Shown here piece after piece: positions 11,720 through 24,185 of a stretch of 64,000 nt of DNA; positions within the stretch are counted from its first letter, which is position 1, and each line of letters begins with the position of its first letter. The translations under genes and the position numbers were made by a program. Under the pieces are notes generated by a model. That model ran no database searches. It was not told the origin of the DNA and worked only from the letters and a program-made list of their open reading frames with translations. The stretch lies in the NCBI RefSeq assembly GCF_009914755.1, contig NC_060935.1. One strand, 5' to 3'. The stretch comes from the human T2T-CHM13v2.0 reference genome, Homo sapiens.

Positions 11720-14700
11720 AAATCATATTATAGGTTTTTTAATTTTTTTGAAAAGTAACTGGCTTCACAAACACCAAGTACAACATGATTTAGACAACTG
11801 AGAAACAGGCAAGTATATTTTGAAGTGCTAAAATAAAACATATTTATACAAGTACAAAGCAAAACAATGCTGATAAAAATGTTAAACTTTATGAAAAAAA
11901 ATCATTTGCAGTTCACATCAAAATAATTTAACATTCTCTATTATTTTAATAGTACAAGCTGCCACAACAGAGAAAGAACAGATACACGCACACAATTTTA
12001 AAACCAAATCAGTTATAAGTGCAGAAAAAAGTAAGTACAAGCACTTTTAGCCCACACAAATCTTTTAGGATTGGCACCATCTTTCTAAAACATCTATAAT
12101 CTATATAGATTTCTAATTACAACACCATCAGCAGCTGCCATTGATTTCTAGAAATACACACAATATACATAGTATATTTGTTCACATTGGGAAGATCAGT
12201 GAAATTCAACCAACTATTTTATACATGCCTCATTCTTCAATAGACAGTAGAGACTCTCCCAGGCCTCAGACCCTCTTCAAAGTGAATTCTGACTTGTCTT
12301 TATGCTTTCACTGATCTGTATTTTTTCACAGTATAAAATTGTAAATGGTAACTATAGAGATTCTGACAGCTTGAGGGTTATTAATAAGCTGTTGCTAAAT
12401 GTGAACTCACATAATACCTTTGAAGTCTCCAAAACATGTACATTTTACTGGGAGACTAGCATAGGAAATGCTTTTGTTTTTTGTTATTCTTAAAAAGAGC
12501 ATTTAATTCCTGGCTTGGAAGTCACAGAACTGCAGCAGAGCTATTATACAATTCATTTACAGTCAGAAATAGCTCCTAGTCTTCCTGATCACTTGCTGGT
12601 AACAGCAGTAGTTTGGGAAAGATAGTTACTTTCAAGGATTAGCACGTTTGGGGATTTGCTTTTTTTCCTTGCTTCAGTCAAATCTCTTATAATTTTTCTT
12701 TCCATACTCCCTTTCTGTTCCCCATCCCTAGCCCAGAAAGACGGTTCTTCCCAATCCAGATATGTTCTTCTTAGGCTGCCCCCACTCCTTTCCCAAAATG
12801 GAAGGATGAGTGGACTGCTTAGATTAGTCAGTATAACTTGGTTAAACCACGTCTTCTTCTTTCCATCCTGGGACATATCTCTCATTTAGGGTCACTTTGC
12901 TGAGCCTTAGCATATCCCCTTCCTTTTAGTCATGCTGGTCCCGACTGAATTATCACTGGGCACCAGGAACAGATTGTTTTGAAGGAAATTCAATGAGAAT
13001 GTACCCAAATGAATTGTGAAGTTCATATCCTATAGCCCTAGAATGAATATTCAGTTCTCTTTGTACTGTAGAGTTATTACTTGGAACCTGGTATTAGAAT
13101 TGGCAAAGAGACAGAGTTAGCATCATTCCAAAATAAAAGATCTCAAGAATGCATTACTAATAATCTTATGTCCAACATACAATGTATTCAATGGAGTGGC
13201 AAAAGTTATAGAAATACAGAGAAAAATATATCTTGTCCTTTTCTAATTGGATAAATCATTTTTATTATTACAGTTGATTATGATAGCATGTGGAAGTATC
13301 AGATGGCAATTTACTTGCATTAAATTTAATTTCTGATGAAGTTTTTTATAAGGTAGTGTGCTTTTTAAGAGATATGTTACTAAAAAAATAGAAAATGAAT
13401 TTGACCATGAACAAAGTTTAAACATGTTCTTCAACTGGTCTAGAGTGAAACGTATTGTACTTGAGAATAAAATGAAAATCAACATAAGGATTTTATAAAA
13501 CAAATTTTAAAATGTAGAGCATATCAAGAAAGGTTTTTAATACCTAAGAAGTCAAGATAGGAATCCTCAGGTGAATGCCATCCTTTTGATGAGGATCCAA
13601 AGGGTATTAACACCTCAAAAGATTTCCATTTGTTTTTCAGATAGAGGCAGACATTTGCTTTTAATGAAACCATGAAACTTAGCTAGATTTCACTTACATT
13701 TTAAAAGCCTCGGTGTAATATTTGGGATCAGGGTGCTGTGATGATGTTATTTTCAAATCTAGCATGGGAGGTTCGATTTCTTTTAAATTAATACTTTAGT
13801 ACATTAATGTTAGCTTTTAATGTTTTGTATTGGGAGGTTTGACTTAAAGTTGCAAGTAAGAACAAATAGCAGAAAAGAAAACTCAAGCAGAATATTTATT
13901 AGAATTTTTTAAAGTGAAGAATGATAAATTATGCCAATGGACTGACTTCTATTTCTCAGTTTATTTTCTGTTAAGTAGATGTGAAATAAAAAAAAATACT
14001 TACCAAAGTAAGGATATTGAGCTAAAAGAAAAAGTTTTATTTATTATTCTCTCTGCCAAAATATACTTCTGCCTCACAGCACATATTTTTCATAAGGCTA
14101 TCTTAAGTATAAGGCTGGGTCAACTGAACTTTAAATTTATAGGACACCTCCTCCATTTATTACTATCCTTATTTAAAAATCAAAACATTTGGTACCTGAG
14201 GATAGCTGCAATGGGAGGAAGAAAGAGATGACAGTGGATTCAGGTCTTGAACTATGAATTCTACCTATTTGAGACTATCAAAGCACACTTGTTTCTGTTA
14301 TACTCTAAATCTCTTTTCTGTAGTTTTAAAAAGTGACAGTATGAAGTGCACAAAATCATATTAATCATTATTTTAAAAAAGAAAATAAGAATTGCTTTGC
14401 CTCTTTTTGGAATGGCTAAGAAAGACTGTGTGGTTAATATTCATTAAGGTTCCTCTTTTTTAGTATTTTGTATTGCTTTGAAAAATCTACATTTGTCATA
14501 GTTCATAGCTGCCCTGTTTAAGCAGCCAAGAATAGTTAAAATCACTGCTCACTGGCATAGCTAAATCTCCACTAAGCTGACTTGACACAGTTAAAATTTT
14601 CAGTGTATTAAGATTGTGTTAATCCTTTCAACAACAGTCTCTCAAATCATGACAATGTCTTCATGGGGTCTATGGACCACTCTTCCAGTGGTGGGACTCG

Positions 14701-15738
14701 AAAAGAACAAAGGAGCTCTTTGTGCATCAGGTTCTCAAAATAAAGGAATGAAGAAGCCCCAATGCATATTTTAATATTTTAGTTGGCAATGCAAACGCAA
14801 CAGCATTCCTAAAGAGTGGCCATGTTTCTTGAAAGAGATAGCCAGGCTGGAGCTCAAGAATGATTTTTATAAAGAGAATTTCCAGCTACAATGCACCCCA
14901 GTGAGGGAATTACAAAACAGTATTCCAGAAAATATTTTTTTTGCTACTCCAGTATTGATTGGCAACATGGTGAAATAGTCAAGAAATCTTCCACTGGTTT
15001 TCTTGGTTAATGGAGGTGAATCTGAAATAAGTAGGTGGAATCCCCGATGCAGGCTTTTGGAAGAGTATTTCACAACCCAATTGGAGAGGAAAATCTCTGG
15101 TAGAAGCCCTACGTAGTACATTAGCGCAGCACTCACTATCCAGTAGTGTGTTATGCATGGGACACATTCACAACGCCTCCGTAAATACTGGACCCAAGTT
15201 ACTGCTTTTCAAGGTCTTTACAGGAAAGAAAAAACAAAAAGAAAGAAAAAAGAAAGAAAAAAGTTGATGTTTTGGTCCCAGATTTTGAGTTTGTTAGAAA
15301 ATGTACATTCATGTTTGGTGAATCAAAGACTCTTCTGGGAAAAGAATTAAAGTAAACAAATAAAACTTTTTACAGTTGCTTATTAACTATGCTCTTCACC
15401 CTCCGTTACGCTGTTTCACACGCACTGCTTCCCTAGAGCAAAGCACTTGGTATGGAACTGTTTGAAGAGACGCCTTGTCAGCCCTCAAAGATATCAGCCG
15501 TGTTTCTTAAAAGCCCATGTTTTCTAAGGCCACTAGAAGAAAATCTGCCAAAAGATTTGTCGTCGGTTTCTTCGTCGGTTGTCATGAGATAGCACTACTG
15601 ATCTCGTGTTTCCATTAAGGGGTGCCCTTGGCATCTTCCCCCTGGGCCGTAACCAGGCGACTATGCTTGCCATTGTGTGTGTGTGAACACGGGGGGCTCC
15701 GCTCCGCACGCGCAGGCCGGCGTGCTTTCCAGGGACAT
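11720..15738 (-). other. GRM5: GRM5 3'UTR (~4 kb; distal end approximate)
   Basis: AU-rich stretch with no recognisable repeats, following the stop codon and ending near a poly(A) hexamer with a downstream GU/U-rich element. Confidence 0.75.
11738..11743 (-). terminator. Probable distal polyadenylation signal ATTAAA of GRM5
   Basis: + strand tttaat. Downstream on the minus strand is TGTTTAGAATGTTGTCTTAATAGTGTTTT (11672-11700, GU-rich DSE). Upstream are TGTA elements at ~11779, 11847 and 11853. Confidence 0.6.
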
Positions 15739-16651
15739 TCACAACGACGAGGAGCTCTGAGTGTAATCTCTTATGATAAGAGTGTCATATTTGGGAGACG
15801 ACGGGATACAGAGGGCCGACTCGGACACTGGCGAGTTGGGGGTTGTGCTCCCCGAGTCCACCGAGTCTCTGAAGGGGGACGGCGGGGTGAGAGCCACCAG
15901 CTCCTCCAGGTCTGGCTTGGCGGCCGCAGCCTCGGGACCGGCCGCGGGGCTCTCCCGGGCCGCGTCCCCAGCCGCCTGCGCCCCTGCCGCGGGCTGCGCG
16001 CCGCCCGTGACTTCGATGGCCGGCAGAGGCTGGATTTCGGCAAAGGTCGTCATGGTCGTGGGCAACTGGATCTCTTTGGGGATCAGGTAGGACGAGCAGA
16101 GCGGGGCGCCGACGCCGGGGCTGGGGGCCGCGGTGGACAGCATCATGGAGTTGAGCTCGCTGATGTTGGCCGTGAAGCGGGTGACCACACTGCTGATCTG
16201 CTCCATGAGGGAGCCCTGCGAGGAGCTGCTGCGCGCCACAGGCTCCGAGTGCAGCGACGGCACATCGTCGTCCGTGCGGCTGGCCGAGCCCGCGCGGTGG
16301 CTCAGCGTGCTGATGGGCGACGGTGAGCGCGGCCGCGCGGGCGCCGGGAAGTGCTCCTCAGCCTCGGCCACATCATACAGCGCCTTGGGGCCGGCGTCTG
16401 GGGACTCGGGCCCGCCTGGGCCGGCGCCTGCGCAGCCCGCACCGCCCGTGGCCCCCACGCCCCCAGCGCTCCCGCCTGCGCCAGCGCCAGCGCCCAGGCC
16501 ACGGCTCTCCGTGCTCTTGGGGAAGGGCTTGATGACGGCCGTTTGGTTGGGGTTTTCTTTCTTGTTGATGTGGATGGACAGGCGCTGCCACAGGTGCTGC
16601 CCCCGGCTGCTCTTCTCATTCTGGGCCCACGTGACGGATTTTCCATTGGAA
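15739..16651 (-). CDS. GRM5: GRM5 terminal coding exon: intracellular C-terminal tail of mGlu5 (1 nt + 303 codons + TGA)
   Basis: Acceptor ...tctcccttctctcctcag|T TCC AAT GGA AAA at 16651. Translation SNGKSVTWAQNEKSSRGQHLWQRLSIHINKKENPNQTAVIKPFPKS...LTPPSPFRDSVDSGSTTPNSPVSESALCIPSSPKYDTLIIRDYTQSSSSL* is the recognised mGlu5 C-terminus. Stop TGA at 15739-15741. The ORF-track entry 15739..16458 is a truncated view of this exon. Confidence 0.99.
15742..15753 (-). other. GRM5: C-terminal class I PDZ ligand SSSL
   Basis: The last four codons before TGA fit the S-x-L C-terminal motif. Confidence 0.9.
15868..15888 (-). other. GRM5: Homer EVH1-binding motif TPPSPFR coding segment
   Basis: ACC CCG CCG TCC CCC TTC AGA matches the PPxxF Homer ligand of group I mGluRs. 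Confidence 0.95.
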
Positions 16652-17657
16652 CTGAGGAGAGAAGGGAGAGGAAAGGTGACTCAGCGAGGTGCCCAGGGGG
16701 CTTGGATGCCGCTTCCCCAATGGTGGTTGCTCATGGGCCCCGGACTGGGGAGGACTTTTCTCATTCTTTCAGGAAACACAGCATCAAAAGGACATCATGG
16801 AAAGAGACCTTGGAAGTGGCTTTCCTTTGCTTGTTTTGAGTTAAAGACTGCTTTCTATATCAGGGCTTCAGTTTATCATAATCGTGAAAATGTGTCAAAG
16901 GGGATGCTTGTCAGGATGAAGGAGTGTTTATTAGGATTCTGCGGGAGTTCTGAGCCCACCTGTGAGTGCAGCAGCACACAGATGCAAGGGCTTGCAGTGT
17001 CCCGGCTGTGTGCACAAGTGCCTGGTACAGGACAGGGGCTTCCTAGAGTTAGTGGCCTCTGAAGGAAAACATTACCACTAGGACCCAAACTCACCAACAA
17101 TCATCAGAGAGGAGGGAAGGGGTAAGAGAGTCAGGGATTACCAGGAGGTAGTCAGTGGTTCCAGTTCCGCCTTTATTCTGGAAGTTGGTATATATATAAC
17201 TAGGGTTTTCTGTCTGAACCCCTGATTTTGAACATAGTGTTACTTAGGCTGCCTTACCTGCTGGAAAATAAAAATTTAATGAACACACATTTCTAATGAG
17301 AGCTTCTTTACTTCACAGAAATTCACCTCACAAATGTATTTTGAGTTCTGTACTTGAATAACAGTTCAATGAGTGAGAGTGCTGTATAATGCCTTCGGCA
17401 CTTAGCAGAGTGATCTCAAATTAGGATCCTGGTGAATATTGAGGGACTGACAAGTTTTTTGAAGGCCTTTCTCTCTCTTTCTCCTTTGCACTTCCACCAT
17501 GGGGTCTGAAAGCCACTCTCAAGATGTGATTGGTGCCTCAGCCTCAGCGCCCTAGTACCTCTCCTTACCACTAAAAGCTGACACAATAGCTTCTGAAGCT
17601 GCAGACGTTCTTTCAGAAACTTTACAAAGGTCAGAGAATGTGGCCTGACACTCAAGA

Positions 17658-17962
17658 TTTTTTTTTTATTTTTTGTTTTTTAGACGGAGTTTTGCTCTTG
17701 TTGCCCAGGCTGAAGTGCAGTGGCGCCATCTCAGCTCACTGCACCCTCGGCCTCTGGGATTCAAGCGAATCTCCTGCCTCAGCTTCCTGAGAAGCTGGGA
17801 TTGTAGGCATGCGCCACCACGCCCAGCTAATTTTGTATTTTTAGTAGATACGGGGTTTCACCATGTTGGTAAGACTGTTCTAGAACTGCTGACCTCAAGT
17901 GATCAACCTGCCTCAGCCTCCTAAAGTGTTGGGATTACAGGCGTGAGCCACTGCGTCTGGCC
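17658..17962 (-). mobile_element. AluS (Sq/Sp/Sx-like)
   Basis: ttttagacggagttttgctcttgttgcccaggctg...gggattacaggcgtgagccactgcgtctggcc. Confidence 0.95.
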
Positions 17963-20900
17963 AGGAATGTTATATGAAGAGATTCTGGTGTAGTTTCCCA
18001 TCACAAAGTAATCCAAGATCTCTGTTACTAGGGGGTCTGTTATTTTCAGTCAAGACAGCTCTGTTCTAGGGGCTGTGACCAACAGATAGCCTTGAGCAGC
18101 CTGACTACAAAAGAAGTTGAAGACTACAGTTTTATCATCACAGCCTATGGTTATTAAACTAAATTCTGTGTAAGACTCATCTAGGGCATTTGTCAAAGAT
18201 ATAAGATGTGACCCCAGGAGAGTCTGATTGTCTGGATTGGCTTCCAAGGATCTATGCTTTTGACAAGCATTCTGTTCTTCTGCTCCCAAAGTAAATCTGA
18301 AGCACTTTGTTTCTCAGATTCTTTCACAATCTGAGAAACTCTGGCAGAAAGCCATCCTTTTCTTCTAAATCCCCATCACTCCCCTTGGGCCCCCTTGCTG
18401 GAGGGCTGGCTTGCCTTTGAGGGGCTGGGGCGTGTACCTCATTTGGAATCCACCAGCCTTGAGGCTGCCTGACTGGCCCTGCAGGATCCACTCTGTCTGA
18501 GAAACCCACTCCCTTGGTAACAGACTGCCATTTCTGCATCCCCTTTAATGACATGCTTTTTGCCTCTTTCCACACTGCTTCCCATTTCTTTATCTGTTCC
18601 TTTCTACTTCATGGTCTTTCTTTCTCCGCTCTTTCCTGTGAAATTTCTTTCCATGTAATCTACCCAATATATTGTAGTCTCATGTCCTTCAGAATCCTGG
18701 AATATGAGCTTCTTCCACCCCACTCTGCCCTTCCTGGAAAGGATGAATGAACCATTTTCAGGTTTGGAGGTTGCTGTGCATCCATAGTAGCAGAGGGGGC
18801 ACTGCCAAACAGTTGGTGTTCCTTTCTAGTAGTTTCAGGATTTATTTTTCAATTTTGCATTAGCCTGACTTACGTGTATTACAATTCTTTTTCCCAGGTG
18901 TCCACTAGCTTCTGGAACATGGCAGAGAAGAAATGGGCCAGTTTATTTACGAGATTTGATTGGGAGGATGGTTGCCAACTACACCCTTTCTCCTATCAGA
19001 AGGATAAGAAACAGGTGTTTCGAAAGGTACAAGTATTATTTCAGGTCACTAAGTCCCCTTTTAATACAAAGCATGGACTTGAAATCAGGAGACTAATTGG
19101 ATTTATTCCACCAACTTTTACCTTAGGGACACTCTTGCTCCTAGTACAGAGAGGTTTTGCAAACACTAGCTTTTAAAAAGTTTCTCTCTCTCTCTCTCGA
19201 ATGCCTTTAGTTGAACATGATGGAACATAACTTTGGATGTTAGCAGTAACAGTCTTTGGAATCACCTGTAGCCATGCCCCAAAACATGATAGCATGTTGC
19301 AAAACCTCTAGGTGAGTGTGTGATGAGGAAACCATCCTAATCAACCAATTCTGTACAAAGTATTGACATCTTTTTCCTGGCTGTGCCTTTGGTTACAGTG
19401 CCCATGGCCATAAGGGAGAAAGAGCACCAGACCATCTGAATAACGTGAAAGTGGACACAGGAAACACCAGACACCCAGAGAAATGGAGTCCAAATGTGAG
19501 TACTTCATTTCATTCTTTTGAACATGAAAGCTTTTTTTTCCCTGAAGTAAATGAGAACTCTTAAGAAAAAAAACAAAAGAAACTCCCTACTCACGACATT
19601 ATTCTGTTTATTAGTAGAAAGTACATTCTATGAAGACACAGATCTTATCTATCTTTTTCAGTGACACTCAGCATGATCTTAATAAGCATTTGATGGATGA
19701 ATAGGATTTTTAAGTTAACAGGGCCACTGTGGGGTGTCATGGAAGGTGCAATAGAATAGAGATCCTAAAATCCGGTTCTTATTCTGGATCTGCCATCCCA
19801 GATACTTGGAAAAGAATAATCTTTTTAAGCCTCGGTAAGAAGCAGACAGTGTCTCATTTGGTTAAGGTTGTTTTGAGATTACATGAGACAATGTAGGTGA
19901 AAAGAGCTGGTAAAGAGAAGGTGTCTAAGGATGTTCAGTTTTTATATTTTATGTGAATACAGCATTTCAGAAAATAAAAAGTATACTCAATGCCATTTTG
20001 AACCCTGGTTTAAGGAACAGAGAATTCAGTGCAAAGTAAAATATTTGGTAAGCCATAAAACCTTTCAGGTTCTTTCTCTTTTACCTGACCTGGAGTTCCA
20101 TGATCCGTGGCCTCTTCACACCCTAAACTATCTCCTTGGGTGATCACCTCTACCCCATTAAATTCCAAATTAACCTTTTTCCTCAAATGCTTTCTCATTG
20201 TGCTACATCCTCTCTTCCTTTTTGCTTAACTGTATCCTCTTTTTTTCTTATTTTATTTTACCTTAATTGTCTTGTCTTAAAGAAAGCTTTCCTGACCCTG
20301 CTAGGCTAGATTCCTATGGCACCTGCATTCAGGCATATCATAACTCTTTGCTATATGTCTATCTCACCTGCTTGATGGGACATTATGAAGGCACAGATGG
20401 AGGGTTTGCTCTTTCCTATATGCCCAGTAGTACCCATGCATTGTTTAGAACATGGTAGTGCTCAGTAATATTTTTGGGCCAATGATTGAGTAGATAAAAT
20501 GCAGTTTATTTTTAAAATTTATACTGAATTGTTTTCCTGTTAGAATTAAGTTTTTAAAATAATTCAGTGTTAATGAAACTCTATTTTGCCTTATGGATCT
20601 ACTTTTACTTCTTATATACCTCCCTTTAATCAATAGTACTCAATGTCTACATATTTAAAAAATTTCATTAAATATGAAAATACAAAGCTTGATATCTGCC
20701 ATGAAAATCACAAAATAATTCCTTCTTTATAACTCATATCTGTCTTAGTAAAATTGCTCAGTGGTGAAATCTCATCGAGGCAGTAGTGATAGTGGAAAGA
20801 AAGGACCCAGATTCTCAGTCCAGGATCTGACTCAGAATGATGTTGAGCAAATCACTTGCCACCTTTGAGCTTCTTTCTTTATTGGAAAAAAAGAAAAGAA

Positions 20901-22471
20901 AAGAAAAGAAATAAACCTCCCTTGCCCACCTTGCATGATGTCTGGGAAAAAACAAAAGGATAATACATATGAGGGTACTTTATAGAGCATAGCCCTTCTG
21001 CAAATGCAAGGGGTTATTCATTAACATTAAACCTTCTATTCAGTTGAGCTAAGATGTTGTATTTATTATTTAGGCTGAGATTTTTTTTTCAGCATCCATG
21101 TTATATGTTTGTCCTTGGGGGCTGAAGTAAGAAAAATGAAAGGGAACTTTTCTTTACCCATCTATGGCACGTCACCTTCCCTCACTGAATATTTTGGACA
21201 TTAGAAAAGGAGAGGGAAAGAAGAATGAAGGAGAAAGGGACAAGATGAAATGATCTGCCACATCTGAGGAGGGGGCCAAAAGTAACGTCTTGCTCTCTTC
21301 CAGGCACCATTTAACCCTTTTGCAAAATATAATATGATGCCATCTAATGTTCTCTCTGTTATAATTATTTGCTCTTTATTTCTGAAAAACAAAAAGCAGC
21401 ATATCAATAATGTTATTTGAGGATTAAGTTTTTTGTTTATTTGTTTCATTAGTTTTTGTTTACATTTTGGGTCTGCCAAAATGACACTTTCTATCTTTAT
21501 TCTCAGAGGTTTATTTTTCCTGTTTTTCCCTTCCATATCAGAAACTTAGCAAATTTATTCATTTTCAAGCAGGGTCTGAATGTCATGTCAATGACCTCAC
21601 CCAGTTTCTCTATTCCTCTGCTCAAACCTGCAGATATTAGAGTATTCTGCCATGGTACACCATCATTAGGAAGCAAACATTAATAGAGGAAAAAAAAGTT
21701 TGACCATCAAAAAAGTCAATGGAATTTATAATTCAATACAGGAATACAGTGTTAAGGTATTCACAAGTGTGACAAAAATGAGGATGGAAAGGAATGTACT
21801 GACATGAAAACTACTGTGGAAAAAAAAAGACTTTGGGTTTTTCTTATCAGGATTAGAAAAATTCAGAGAAAAAGTTGTTCACTGAGGAAAGAAGTTTCAA
21901 GGAAGGATTTGCAAATAAAGTGGATATTAACGAGGCCTTAAAGCTTGGGGATGTTAAAATAGCATGGATAAGCAAATCTCAATTAATACATGTATTGCAT
22001 ATATGGAAAGGAAACTAATTCTACATGTCTAATCCCAACTCCTCCAACAGCCCTAAGTGACGTGGATTTTCACCTCTCTCTTAAGTAGCAGTGGTTACAT
22101 GTTTCCACAATAATTCCCCCAGAGAATCTTTCTTACCAGGCATTTAATCCCTAATAAATTCCTGGTGGGAGGAGAATCACTCGATCCTCTCTTAACTAGT
22201 CTTTGGTTTAACAGCAACAGGAAGCCTTTTCAGAAGCTACATGTTCATTCACGGTGGGTTATTAAAGTGCTTAATGGTACTAGTACAGTCGCTACTTCCC
22301 CTGAGTCCTCATAAGGAGCAAGCACCTTAACAAAGGAGAATATGACACGGGAGCATATGCCAAGCATTGGAATTGTGTTGAGTCATCACAGATATTTCCT
22401 TCTCAAATCAAACTATTTATTTTGATCCACAATTCTGTTACCTGGACTCAGCTTCAAAACTAAACTACTCT

Positions 22472-22772
22472 AACTGGTATTAGTTGGTAAAGTGATACAA
22501 AATTACAGCTAGGTACAAGGAATGAGCTCTGGTGTTCTGCAGCATTGTAGGGTGAATATAGTTAACTATAATTTGTTGTATAGTTTCAAGAAGCTAGAAT
22601 AAAGGATTTTGAATGTTCACAACACAAAGAAATGATAAATGTTTGTGGTCATCGCTATGCTAATTACCCTGATTTTGTCATTACACTTGGTATACATGTA
22701 AGGAAGCATTCCGTATCCTATAAATGTGTACAATTATTAAGTGTCAACTAAAAATAAATTTAAAAAAATCTC
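22472..22772 (+). mobile_element. Short 5'-truncated L1MA 3' end with 13-bp TSD
   Basis: ...ttttgaatgttcacaacacaaagaaatgataaatgtttg...tatgctaattaccctgatt...aaataaatttaaaaaaa. Flanking repeat actaaactactct at 22459-22471 and 22773-22785. Confidence 0.85.
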
Positions 22773-24100
22773 ACTAAACTACTCTTCATCCTGACATTTA
22801 AGTTCTAGGTCTTAGCTGAGATGTTTTAACAGCGATTAGCAAGAATTTTAGATTTTTGTACTTCTTTTTCAAAACAGGAAATGATTTTTACCAGCAATTA
22901 CTATAAAGCTCAATTATAATTTAGTAAATAGAGAACAAAGCCAGACATAGCTGTTTTGTGTCTAGAAGCTGCTGCAGTCAGGAAGACTTTGTGGAGGAAT
23001 TCAGCTTGATTTAAACCTTGAATAAAACATGGAATTGGGATTGGTGGCAAAGAAGAGGAGAATCCTGGAATGGTAATAGTTTCCATTTTAATAGAACTTT
23101 TCAGCTCACAAGGTGTTTTCACCTATGGCATCATATTTTACCTTCATAACAGCTGTCTAGGATAGGATTTATCAGATAGTTTTTTAATTACTTATTTACA
23201 AGTCTGTTCCTGCACTAAACCTAGAGCATTGCAAGGGCAGATGCTACATGTATCTCCTGTGCTTAATATGGTGTCTGGTGCAGAGTAGTGCAGAGGAGTG
23301 TTAGTGAAATAAAGTGAACTATATGATCTTGAATGTTTGATATTGACAGGTATTATTAACCTTCACTATAGATATGAGAAATGAGGCTTATGGAACTTAA
23401 CTAAGTCGACCAAGTCAAAGTAAATGGCAGGACAGTGCCCCAAATCTGATGCTAAATCCAGAGTCATTCCCATTGTCTGTGTACTGAGTGCCAAGATACA
23501 CACAGGAACCAAGGGGCTAACAAGACATACCCCTGTGGAGCATCCAAGATGGCAGTGCCCCAGGTTTTGCCCATAAAATAACCTGATAAATTCTAAAGCT
23601 CTGCATCAACATTGCTGAGATAAATCCTGAGGGACTGTAAGATAAAAGTTGTCCCAGGATGTTTAGAATGGTTGCTGGGAAAATAATTCCTGTTTAGGCA
23701 AAAGACTCCTTTCTGTCTTACAGCACCTCAGCTGAAGCTTGTGACTTAAATCTGATGTACGAAGGGGATGTTAGTTATGAGGCTTGAATCCTGGGTGCAG
23801 ATTCACCACCAATATGTTTATTGTCAGTGAAGTCTCTTGGTTTAAGAAGGAAGTTTCTTGATTATCCTGGTTTTTTTTTTTTAATTGGATAAAATGGGCA
23901 TATGCCTTATATCTGTCAGTTCTAGTCCCATTTCCTGTGGAATTCTTGGGATGCTGAGCACTGTATCTTTGTACTATTAAAACAAATTTAAATCTACCAT
24001 GGACACCATTATTTTGCTTAATGTCAATCTTGTTGCTTCCTCAAAGACAATAGAAATCTTTCCTTTCTCTGGACCCTTAAAAATTAATTGGGTAGGTTAA

Positions 24101-24185
24101 TTAAGATATTTCCTTAATATTTCCAGATTAAGATATTTTGTTAATATTTCCAGATTAAGATATTTCCTTAATATTTCTAGATTAA
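24101..24185. repeat. 27-bp minisatellite, 3 copies
   Basis: ttaagatatttccttaatatttccaga / ttaagatattttgttaatatttccaga / ttaagatatttccttaatatttctaga. Confidence 0.95.

Larger units (their letters stand above)
15690..16745. promoter_or_regulatory. Intragenic CpG island over the GRM5 terminal exon
   Basis: Abrupt very GC- and CpG-rich block (many CGCG and GCGGCCGC sites) within otherwise AT-rich, CpG-depleted DNA. Confidence 0.9.

Noticed and set aside
16302-16646. Alternative-frame minus-strand ORF MENPSRGPR... (114 aa), and 15771..16043
   Set aside because: These are out-of-frame overlaps of the GRM5 exon. Both known upstream junctions are phase 2 and keep the canonical frame.
15622-17062. 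Long + strand ORFs (234, 105, 309 and 162 aa) as independent genes
   Set aside because: They are antisense shadows of a very GC-rich coding exon where stop codons are rare. Several start at non-ATG codons and none shows a recognisable domain.
18786-18802. CTCF-like agcagagggggcac (similar sequences near 400 and 62775)
   Set aside because: Only the 3' half of the core matches; spacing or key bases are wrong.
24101-24185. 27-bp repeats (and the 16-bp repeats at 46842) as a CRISPR-like array
   Set aside because: The units are head-to-tail with no unique spacers, the context is eukaryotic, and there are no cas genes.
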